Assembly (NCBI RefSeq): GCF_006345805.1
Contig: NC_043010.1
Span: 24,490,001-24,554,000, forward strand
Origin: Octopus sinensis
Lineage: Eukaryota
Length of the DNA: 64,000 bases
Direction: 5' to 3'
Made by a program: the position numbers and the translations under genes. Below the pieces are notes generated by a model. The model was not told the DNA's origin, did not search any database, and saw nothing but the letters and a program-made list of their open reading frames with translations. Numbering within the stretch: position 1 is the stretch's first letter; the number at the start of each line of letters is the position of its first letter. Positions 24,201-35,499 of the stretch are shown here, one piece after another.

Positions 24201-25035
24201 TCTGAACAAGACGTGATAAATTGGTCGGATCTCTCAACCCCCATTCCCATTCCTCTTCCACGCCATCAATCGGTGAGTGTTGTTGTTGTTGTGGTTCAGG
24301 GTATTGGCGGCGGTGGTAGTGGTGGTGGTGGTGGCTTTGGTGGTGGTGGTGGTGGTGGTATTGTTAATGGTATTGTGATGTTGAAGTGACGATTGGGCAT
24401 TATCGAGTGTTGCTTTTGTTGTTATTGATGATAATGATGATGATGATGATGATGGTGAGGATGATGAGGATGATGAGGTGGTGGTGGTGACGATGACGAC
24501 GACGACGACGATGACGAGGATGTTTGCCAGCTCAAGATCAGTTCCGATCCTCCGTCGATTTTGCCCAACGAGACTTCACTTGGTTGATCAGTTAACTACC
24601 CCGCCCCTGTTCGCTTTATATTTGTATATCAATTAATGAGGTGGTTGAGTATCCTGCAGACACGCGTACATTTTTTGTAAAATTTCAGCCACTATTCAGG
24701 ACCTTTGAATTTCAGCCACCATCCAACAGGAGGGCCACCATAGATTTTCCGTCTTCTCAGTTTCATACGCAATGCTTCGGGTAACCGAATCTTTCATTCT
24801 TTTGTCTTTCATAAATGTTTCAGTCACAGGATTGCGGTCACCCTGAGACACCTGACCACTTGTACTTATTTTTCAGCCCGGTATTTATTTTATCTTTATC
24901 ATTTGCCGAACCGCTACTGGTTGTGAAGTAGCGACTAGGTCAAATACTAATGTAAAGACACACACTATAGATACATGTGTATGTGTATGACTGTGTAGTA
25001 TGTGTGTGTATGCGCACCTCTCTCTCTCTCTCTCT

Positions 25036-25216
25036 CCATGCTGGAGCACGGTCTTTAGTCAAGGAAATCCACCCCAGGATTTATTCTTTGTAAGCCTAGT
25101 AGTTAGGGTTAGTTACGCTCTTTTTCCGAACCCCTACGTTACGGGAACGTAAAAACACCAACATTGGTTATCAAGCGATGGTGGGGGACAGACACATACA
25201 CGCATAAATATATATA

Positions 25217-25260
<44 letters not shown>

Positions 25261-25471
25261 GGTTAAGTAATTGAGATTCTAGTGAATTCTAAAGAATTCA
25301 CATGAATATGGTCCTTAACTAGGATGCACCGGATATCTATATGGTGTTAACCATACGACAAGTGGGGTGATTATAAATAGGAAAAAAGCAACAAGAATGG
25401 ATTAAAATCTCGGTACGATCCTCGTACGAAACGATCGTACCGAGATTTTAATCCATTCTTGTTGCTTTTTT

Positions 25472-25538
<67 letters not shown>

Positions 25539-25708
25539 TATATATACGACGGGCTTCTTTCAGTTTCCATCTATCACATCCACTCACTAGGCTTTGGTCG
25601 GCCTGAGCCTATAGTAGAAGACACTTGCCTAAGGTGCCACGCAGTGGGACTGAACCCGGAGCTATGTGTTGGGAAGCAAGCTTCTTACCTCACAGCCACG
25701 ACTGCTCC
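25036..25708 (-). mobile_element. SINE family A, full length, with a nested insertion in its internal (TA)n
   Basis: Tail(-) at 25036-25205 and head(-) at 25547-25708, separated by (TA)n, the 25259-25476 element and more (TA)n. Confidence 0.75.
25259..25476. mobile_element. Short (TA)n-embedded element ending in a 44-bp palindrome
   Basis: Related copy at 30227-30348. Arms 25377-25420 and 25433-25476, 12-nt loop. Confidence 0.7.
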
Positions 25709-25743
<35 letters not shown>

Positions 25744-26646
25744 CTGTGTGTCTGTCTCGCATCATCACACATTTATGTATTTGTGTGTGTGTGTAAATGT
25801 TTGTCCCTCACCACCGCCTGTTCTGAGACTGGTAGGATTAGTACTACAGTCATGAAAACATCCTGGAATCGATTTGTTCGACTAAAACTTATCAAGCCGG
25901 TGGCCCAGCACGACCGCAATCAAATGACTGAAACAAATGACAAATTAAAGATAGAAGATAAAAATAACCTTGTTTCGTTTTAGGTATTTTTTTAAGGACA
26001 TTCACACCCGATGCTAAGGTAACATCCTAAATCTACAACTAGCTTTTGTTCTCCGTTAGTTTTGCTTCGTGTTTAAACATCTTTCGAATCTTTCAGCCTT
26101 TTACTAAACTGTGTTCCATCAGAAGACGGTTAGCTTATATCTTATATTGCATATTGTATGTACTTTATATTATTTTAAGCTAAAGTCTTGAGTGTCACAG
26201 AGCGGGTACTTTTGTAAGCATACTTGTAAAGACGATAATAGCCAATCTCGACTTCTTTGTTTTAAAGGCGATAAGATATGTTTTGAGGGAGATTTCGTTG
26301 CTACTTTTAGTAGGGCTACCATTTTAATCTCATTCGTTGATTTGTCTAAGACAAGAAGCCAGCAGGAAGATTGCAATGCTGATCTGTACAACTTACAGAA
26401 TTTAATTTTGTTATAATATTGCCAAAGATAACTTTGTCGTGTATCTTTTTAAACACGATAGATTAATTATCTTGGGTTGCATTTTGGAATTTTTTTCTCA
26501 ATTTATTCTTCAATAAAAATATATCTCGCCATTCGGTTTTGATAAACTTTTTTCTAAATTTGTTATCACTATATTATATTACATTTATTTATGTATGTTA
26601 CGTTTCAATATATGTAATTATATATATATAGCTTACATTTTTGAAA

Positions 26647-26688
<42 letters not shown>

Positions 26689-26850
26689 GACGGGCTTCTT
26701 TCAGTTTCCATCTATCACATCCACTCACTAGGCTTTGGTCGGCCTGAGCCTATAGTAGAAGACACTTGCCTAAGGTGCCACGCAGTGGGACTGAACCCGG
26801 AGCTATGTGGTTGGGAAGCAAGCTTCTTACCTCACAGCCACGACTGCTCC

Positions 26851-26885
<35 letters not shown>

Positions 26886-27784
26886 CTGTGTGTCTGTCTC
26901 GCATCATCACACATTTATGTATTTGTGTGTGTGTGTAAATGTTTGTCCCTCACCACCGCCTGTTCTGAGACTGGTAGGATTAGTACTACAGTCATGAAAA
27001 CATCCTGGAATCGATTTGTTCGACTAAAACTTATCAAGCCGGTGGCCCAGCACGACCGCAATCAAATGACTGAAACAAATGACAAATTAAAGATAGAAGA
27101 TAAAAATAACCTTGTTCGTTTTAGGTATTTTTTTAAGGACATTCACACCCGATGCTAAGGTAACATCCTAAATCTACAACTAGCTTTTGTTCTCCGTTAG
27201 TTTTGCTTCGTGTTTAAACATCTTTCGAATCTTTCAGCCTTTTACTAAACTGTGTTCCATCAGAAGACGGTTAGCTTATATCTTATATTGCATATTGTAT
27301 GTACTTTATATTATTTTAAGCTAAAGTCTTGAGTGTCACAGAGCGGGTACTTTTGTAAGCATACTTGTAAAGACGATAATAGCCAATCTCGACTTCTTTG
27401 TTTTAAAGGCGATAAGATATGTTTTGAGGGAGATTTCGTTGCTACTTTTAGTAGGGCTACCATTTTAATCTCATTCGTTGATTTGTCTAAGACAAGAAGC
27501 CAGCAGGAAGATTGCAATGCTGATCTGTACAACTACAGAATTTAATTTTGTTATAATATTGCCAAAGATAACTTTGTCGTGTATCTTTTTAAACACGATA
27601 GATTAATTATCTTGGGTTGCATTTTGAATTTTTTCTCAATTTATTCTTCAATAAAAATATATCTCGCCATTCGGTTTTGATAAACTTTTTTCTAAATTTG
27701 TTATCACTATATTATATTACATTTATTTATGTATGTTACGTTTCAATATATGTAATTATATATATATAGCTTACATTTTTGAAA

Positions 27785-27787
<3 letters not shown>
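25547..27787. repeat. Tandem duplication, period 1141 bp, bounded by (TA)n
   Basis: Copies at 25547-26649 and 26688-27787. The differences I could see are single-base indels. Confidence 0.92.
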
Positions 27788-27854
<67 letters not shown>

Positions 27855-28150
27855 CATAATATAAATATAAGATATATTATATATCTATATATATATATGG
27901 ATATATATATATGTATATATATATGGATATATATATGTATACAAATATGCTTATATATATATATACATACATATACATATATATATATATATGTATGTAT
28001 ACACATATATATGCATACTATATACATATGTATATATATATATAATATAAACATAATATAAATATAATATACATTATATATATATATATATCATTTATAT
28101 ATATTTGTATGAATATATATATATAGGTGTGTATACATATATGCATATAT

Positions 28151-28201
<51 letters not shown>

Positions 28202-28251
28202 CATATATATATATATATACATATGTGTATGTATATACATGTATGTATACG

Positions 28252-28292
<41 letters not shown>

Positions 28293-28417
28293 TATATATG
28301 CATATATATATATATACATGCATATATGTATGTATATATATATACATGCATATACATATATATATATATGCATAAACATATTTATACACATATATATGCA
28401 TACTATATATATATATA

Positions 28418-28458
<41 letters not shown>

Positions 28459-28533
28459 CGTATACATACATGTATATACATACACATATGTATATATATA
28501 TATGATTATATATATATATAATAATATATATAT
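27788..28533. repeat. Degenerate (TA)n/(TACA)n microsatellite field
   Basis: Seen directly. It is the source of the YI-repeat ORFs in the track. Confidence 0.95.
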
Positions 28534-29526
28534 GAGCGCTACGATGAATTTTGATTCTGTTTCCAAGCTACGCGGATCTTAATCCGTATAGCAAAGTCTT
28601 ATGTTTCTACATATATATTAGGAAAAACCTACAAACTTTGTTTTCATGTTATTGTATTGCATAGGATTACCTTGATTATTTATATTACCTTGATTATTTA
28701 TAAATGACCCAAAATAGGATGTTATATTTTATTTTATATGTCTTTCGTATATATTTTTATTAATGCACCCATTTTTTTAAAAGCAATGTTTTTTTAAAAA
28801 AAAGCAATGTTGTCAAAATTAGAATGTTTATATAAGTATGTGTATAGCAAAGCATATGTATTTGTAAGCATGCGTATCTGTGTATGTGTAAGTGAAAGTA
28901 TGCTTGTGCTTAAGCACACATATACACGACGGTATGTATATGTATCCATTCAAACTTGTGTATGTATACTGGTCTCTATAGATGCCAATAACATCGTTAC
29001 AAGTTTTTTCCCCACCCCTCCTTCGTTTCTTTTTTCTCTCTTTCCCTTTCTTTCGTTCCCCCTCCTTGCTCAGTATATGAGAATTGCTACATAGATGAAT
29101 TTTAGCTTGCGTGCGAGACGGTTTGCGTGAATATATGTACACATGCTTTTATGTGTATATTTAGATTCATATTCATACGTCTGTATATGTATGTATGGCG
29201 TTTACGCGCATCCTTTTGTGTATGTTGATATATATATGTAGATTTTAATATAAATATGTATTGCAGTATTTATAACAGGTTTAATTTCTATGCATTAATT
29301 TGCACTGTCTTCATTAACGGCAATAGGTTTTTTCCTCGGATTTTATAATTTCTATAATTTTTATAAGTTTTTTTATATATATATACATATATTTTTGACC
29401 TTTTTGTTTATCGCTCGAAGATTGACCGTTTTTTCTAAAGGGCCAATCAAACAAGTCCATTTCTTTTTAAAGGCGTAGCGTTTGTAAGAGTATAGATTGA
29501 ATTGATATATAAGTTCCATTCTAGCA

Positions 29527-29573
29527 AAAACTGTCTGATGAACGTCAACGAGAAACTCAGAGTAACAGATTTT
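29527..29573 (+). ncRNA. Type I hammerhead ribozyme with canonical core
   Basis: AAAACTGT-CTGATGA-ACGTCAACGA-GAAAC TCAGA GTA-ACAG(A)TTTT: stem I 4+4 bp with one bulge, intact CUGAUGA and GAAA, GUA cleavage triplet. Stem II is weak. Confidence 0.6.
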
Positions 29574-29686
29574 GTTGAATTATCTGCTGCTTAAAATAAA
29601 GTATATATATATATATATTTATATGTACATTTATATATGTGCGTTGTGTGTATGTATATACATATATATATGTGCGTGTGTATGTG

Positions 29687-29771
<85 letters not shown>

Positions 29772-30149
29772 TATATGCGTTGTTGATGATAAATTGTAGC
29801 AACAGAATATATATATATTTGCCGGAAAAGCGTAATCTATTTGGAGGATCGTAATTTTTTCATTCTAAAACTATTTTTTTCATTCCAACAATTAACATAA
29901 CCAACTTGAAATTCTAATCAGTCACTTGAGAATTATTTCATCTCTATCCTCATACTCGAAAAAGATTTAAACTGAAAATATCAGAAGAAATATATATGAG
30001 ATATTGTAGCGCCAATTCACAAAGCTTCGAACACATTTTCTCAAAAATGAAGACGAAAATTACAAATTCTTTGCTTAGACAATATTCGGGCCGACCAAAG
30101 CCCTCTGAGAGGATTTGGTAGAGGGAAACTGAAAGAAGTCCGTCGTATA

Positions 30150-30226
<77 letters not shown>

Positions 30227-30227
<1 letters not shown>

Positions 30228-30348
30228 GGTTAAGTAATTGAGATTCTAGTGAATCCTAAAGAATTCACATTTTGTAGCTTATTAAAGATGTCCTCGTACG
30301 AAACGATCGTACCGAGATTTTAATCGATTCTTGTTGCTTTTTTCCTAT
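30227..30348 (+). mobile_element. Second copy of the (TA)n-embedded element, again inside a SINE A internal TA tract
   Basis: cggttaagtaattgagattctagtgaat...cctcgtacgaaacgatcgtaccgagattttaatc..ttcttgttgcttttttcctat. The SINE A head end (aaagaagtccgtcg) lies at 30085-30146. Confidence 0.7.
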
Positions 30349-31466
30349 TTATATATATATATATAATATTAATTCGAGACAAAACCACTATTTTGCAAAT
30401 CAAACAAGGAAAGACTTAATCAATACATAAAAAATTTTAATATAATGTAAATATATATATATATATGCATATTAGGCGAAGGAAGTCATGAAACGTGTAC
30501 AACAAAAAAGTACTATCAGTATATATTGGCGAACGGCTAAGTTACGGGGGATATAAACAAACGAACATCGGTTGTCAAGTGATGGTGGGGTAGAAACACA
30601 TACTCTCTCTCTCTGTGTCACACACATACACACATACATATATATATTTACATATATATATATCATTAATTTTTTAAGCTAACATCTCAGTTACGATTTA
30701 CGACGCCATCTTTGTATACATTCTGAGAATAACTTTCTTTCAATTTCTGTTTCGCTTTCATATGTTTATTTTCCTGTAGTTAGTTTAGAATTAAATAATT
30801 CCTTCATTTCCTCACTTTCTTCTACCTCCTCTCTCCTCCCTTACATATATTCCCCCACTTCCAGCTCCTTTCTCCCTTCCTTTATCTCTCTTTACGCTTA
30901 CCCTTTCCCTCTCTCTTGCATATTTTACTCTTTTTCTCATCTCCCCTCCTCCCTTTCATATCCTCCTCTTCTTTCATTTCTCTTTCCTTTCCATCTCACA
31001 TCTACCTCTCCTCTCATCTCCTCACCCTCTCTCTCATATACTTCTCATCTGCCCATTCTTCTCACTCCGTCTCTCCCTCTCTCCCTCTCTCTCACATCCT
31101 TCATCCTGTCTCTCCTTCACTCTGTCTCTCTTTCTCTTGCTATCCTCTCCTCCCCTCTGTTTCTCTTTCTCTTCCCCTCCTCTCCTTCACTCTGCCTCTC
31201 TTTCTCTTCCCCTCTTCTCCTTCACTCTGTCTTTCCTTCTATTCCCTTCCACTCCCTCTCCCCTACCTTCCTCTATCTTTTTAACACACCACACCCCCTT
31301 GCTTTCCTCCTATCACCCTCTCGATTTCTTTCATAGCACCTCTCTCTTTCCTTCCTATCTCCCTCTCTCTTTCCCTATTTCCCCCCTCTGTGTTTCTCCG
31401 TCTCTACCTCTCTCTATCCCTCATTACCTCTCTAACCTCTACTCCCCCTCTGGACCTCAAACGAAG

Positions 31467-32199
31467 ATGGCACCAAAGTGGGAAAAGAAAGAGTTAAATC
31501 TTCTACTGAGAGCATGGATGATTACTAGTGGCGATCCGCCGAATAACATCATCACTGCCACGCTAAAAAACAATGGTTTTCATAGAACCATTGACCAGAT
31601 AGAGCGGAAGAAAAATGAGTTTATCCGGTCTTACATGCTTATAAAACCACACATCAAAACACTGGACAACATAATTGAAAATTATTGTGGCAAAGTTGAT
31701 GAGGATGAAGAGGACGTAAAAGAGAAGGAAGCCGGAAGTCTCTGTGATCCAGGGCTTCCTCAGGAAAATGGATCACCTACCCCGGTGAACGACCAGGTAG
31801 TGAAGGATAGGGGAGCCAAGGGAGCAGAAACCGGAAGCCCCCTATGTACTAGTGGTCCTACGAAGAAATGAAAAATTAGAAAAATTAGAAAAACAGAAGA
31901 AAAAAGGAAGGACCGAAAACAAAAATAAGGAGGGAAAAGGCAAAACAACCAAAGCTGAAACCCCAATCCACCACTCAAACAGCAGAGAACCCCATGGAGG
32001 ATCCAATGCCACCCAGTACACTTCAGGAAAGAAGAAATCTGGAAGACACCGAAGAACCTGTAAGGTCTACCTGCGGGGCAAATGTTGGCATGGTGAGGAC
32101 GGCAAAAACTGCCGGTTCGCCCACCCGACACCCCCCCAGAACTTCAGGGGACTCAAAGAGAAAAACTTTACCGAGGGAACAATTTCCGAGGAACAATAA
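31467..32199 (+). pseudogene. ORF1 of the CR1-type LINE: Myb/SANT-like N-terminus plus CCCH zinc finger (frameshift near 31860)
   Basis: MAPKWEKKELNLLLRAW...ITATLKNNGFHRTIDQIERKKNEF, then RRTCKVYLRGKCWHGEDGKNCRFAHP. Confidence 0.65.
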
Positions 32200-32219
32200 G
32201 TTGAGTTACTGTATACATC

Positions 32220-34900
32220 CGAGATGACCTCACACCCCAGGTCTTGATGACATGCTCAAATTCGGTATGTGACACCTTAATTGTATACATAAGACAACAT
32301 AATATAGTCATATGCAATACATATTGCCCACCGGATGCCCAAATCACATAGGCAAGTTTGAAGATTGCCTCACAAGAATTAAAGAAATCCTCATGAATCT
32401 GGAACACCACGTGACCATATTTCTTATGGGTGATTTCAACTTCCCCAACGTCAAATGGCCCGAAGGTCACATACTCTCAGGAATGAATCATTGCAAGCAA
32501 GTACAGGTGGAGTCCCTGCTCAACCTCACCAATGCCTTATTCATGGAGCAAGTTGTACTCAAGCCAACTAGGGCGAATAACATTCTGGATCTCTGCTTCA
32601 CGAACAATATGGACATCATTCATGATGTGAAAGTGACACCGACATCAGTTTCGGATTCACAACATAATAGAGCTGTCTATGTTTGGGCCAAAAGTAACCA
32701 GAGACATACAGCCTAAAGGAAGCACCCGAAATCTCTCCAATCTGAACTTCCACAAAGCAGATTGGAAATCGATTCAAAAAGAGATCCTCAGAGAGGACTG
32801 GTCGGAGTGTCTCTCCACACCAGACATTGACATGAAACTAGAATGTTTCTTGTCTTCTGTGCAAGCCGTATGCCAGAAATATGTCCCAGAGCACAAGGCC
32901 AAAACAAATAGGAGCAAGATTCCAAGAGACAGGAAGATCCTCATGAGACGACGGACGAAGGTTGCAAATCGTCTCAACCAACATCCCAAAAGTAGCGAAA
33001 CGTCCCGCCTAAAAACAACACTGATGGAGAACGAAAAAAGGCTGCAACAATCCTATGTGAAGGAGAACGCAGACAAAGAAGCCTGGGTTATAAAAAACAT
33101 TAAATCAAACCCAAAGGCCTTCTTTCATTACGTGAAAGAAACAGTCTCAGTGCACTACAAGATAGGACCCCTCCTCCAAAAGGATGGCTCCCTCACAGAC
33201 AGTCCAACTATGATCAGTGAGATGCTGAATGACCAGTTCAAAAGTGTCTTTACCACCCCGTTGGAACACAGACAAGTGAACGAACCAGTGGACTTCTTTG
33301 CCGCCTCACCTATAACCAGCGAGGCGGTTACAATAGAATGTATTGACATTAGCGAAAAAGATGTCCTACTAGCCATAGATCAAGTGGACACAAACTCAGC
33401 TTCTGGTCGAGATGGTTTCCCAGCCATCCTCCTCAAAGCGTGTAAGCATGCCCTGCCAAAACCCCTCAAGATTCTCTTCCAGAGCTTTCTTGCGAATGGC
33501 AAACTGCCAAGCAAGCTGAAGGAGGGAATAATATGCCCAATACATAAAGGGGGAAGTAGAGCAGATGCCAAAAACTATAGGCCTATCTCTCTGACTTCAC
33601 ACATCAGCAAAGTCATGGAACGGATAGTCAGAAAGAAACTAATCGCATTCCTTGAGGAAAATAACTTGCTGAGTAATACCCAGCATGGTTTTCGACCAGG
33701 TAGGAGCTGCCTGACCCAGTTCTTACAGCTTTATGACTGGGTGTTGAGGCAGTTACTCAACAAAACAAATGTGGACGTAATCTACCTTGATTTTGCAAAA
33801 GCTTTTGACAAGGTGGATAATGGTATGATATGCCACAAATTACGTGACCTCGGCATAGCTGGAAAACTTGGAGTGTGGTTGCATGACTTCCTGAAAGATA
33901 GGAGTCAGGCAGTAGTGGTTAATGGAGCCACCTCTATGAACACACAAATAGTGAGCGGTGTTCCACAGGGCACTGTCTCGGGACCACTGCTTTTTATAGT
34001 GGCCCTCTCAGATATGCCCTCAAATGCCCGGATAACCACTCTGGTCAGCTATGCAGACGATACGAAAGTCTCGCAGAAAATACAGAACGCCAGCGATGTT
34101 GCACACCTGCAGCAGGAGTTGGACTCAATCTACAGATGGGCTGAGGATATGCAGTTTTATGCTGAAAAATTCCAGGCCCTGCGCTACCAGCATCCAAAAC
34201 AAAATATTAAACTTAGAGGATACACCGGTCCACAGGGAATTTCAATCCCAGAGCCTAAGTCTGTGAGGGACCTGGGTAATCGACATGAGTGATGATACCT
34301 CTTTCCAAGTGCACACTACCAGGATGGCGACAAAGTGCAGACGACTGGCTGGGTGGATCCTAAAAACATTCAGAACCAGAGATAAGGAAACCATGATGGT
34401 CCTCTGGCGGACATTCGTCCTCAGTCGCCTGGATTACTGCTCACATCTATGGTCACCCACCAGCGGACCTTGAAGGAATCCAGAGAAGATTCACAAAGAA
34501 GATCATCTCTTTGCAACAGCTCAGCTACTGGGAAAGGTTGAAACAGCTAAGACTCTACTCCCTGGAGAGAAGACGGGAGAGGTATGCAGTAATATATGTC
34601 TGGAAGATCCTTGAAGGAATTGTGCCAAATTTTGGCATTGTAAGCTACACCAATGCTAGAACGGGACGACACTGCATAGTGCCAAAGATCCCAGCAATGC
34701 CATGACGCTTCAGGACCAGCTTCTGCAACAGCCTGGGTTTCAAGGGCCCACAGCTTTTTAATATTCTCCCAAAGCGTCTGAGGAACTTACACAAAGTAGA
34801 TGTAGCGGTTTTTAAATCAAAGCTGGACATCTTCCTGTCAAGAGTCCCAGGTGAACCTACCTCACGGCAAGAGGTGCAAATGAGAGTAGCTATATCAAAC
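32220..34900 (+). pseudogene. ORF2 (partial APE plus RT) of the CR1-type LINE
   Basis: Track ORFs 32312..32716, 32679..34292 (537 aa, all core RT motifs), 34285..34473 and 34511..34705 join through frameshifts. Confidence 0.9.
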
Positions 34901-35029
34901 TCCATTCTTCACCAAGTGCCACATATTAGACGAGGGTCGTCATAATAACAGTGTAGCACAAAACGGCGGTGCATCAGCATGGCCGCAGCTCTGAGCTGAA
35001 ACTAGAAAAAAGAAAAATATATATATATA

Positions 35030-35091
<62 letters not shown>

Positions 35092-35114
35092 TGTATGTAT
35101 GTATGTATGTATGT

Positions 35115-35332
35115 ATATATGCATATGTGTCTGTTTGTCCCCCACCATCGCTTGACAACAGATGTTGGTGTCGTTACATCCCTGTAACTTAATCGTTCGG
35201 GAATAGAGACTGATAGAATAAGTACTAGGCTTACAAAGAATAAGTCCTGGAGTCGATTTGTTTGACTAAAGGCAGTGCTCCAGCATGGCCACAATCAACT
35301 GACTGAAGCAAGTAAAAGAATAAAAGAAAAGT

Positions 35333-35335
<3 letters not shown>
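35115..35335 (+). mobile_element. SINE family A, 3' half, directly downstream of the LINE tail
   Basis: tgtctgtttgtcccccaccatcgcttgacaac...aaggcagtgctccagcatggccacaatcaactgactgaagcaagtaaaagaataaaag. Confidence 0.8.
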
Positions 35336-35420
<85 letters not shown>

Positions 35421-35499
35421 TCAATAAATGGTAGGGTTGTGTTGACCGCACGTGGAGAAATGATAAGCAAGGAATAATTGTAAAAATGCAGAATGCTAA

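Larger units (their letters stand above)
30780..35016 (+). mobile_element. CR1-type LINE, near full length with internal deletion
   Basis: CT-rich leader, ORF1, partial APE (CPPDA, MGDFNFP, NILDLCFTN, SDS/H), RT (NYRPISLTS, QHGFRPGRSC, YLDFAKAFDKVD, SGVPQGTVSGPLLF, YADDTK), C-terminus LF.ILP..LR....FKSKLDIFL, 3' tail ending gaaaaaagaaaaa. 5' boundary uncertain. Confidence 0.9.

Noticed and set aside
25547-25945. SINE head(-) next to SINE tail(+), suggesting a TA-mediated inversion
   Set aside because: The head pairs naturally with the minus-strand tail at 25036-25205, so no inversion is needed.
27743-28566. Long YI/MY/II/NN-repeat ORFs here and throughout the track
   Set aside because: They are translations of TA, TATG, ATT and GATA microsatellites, not genes.
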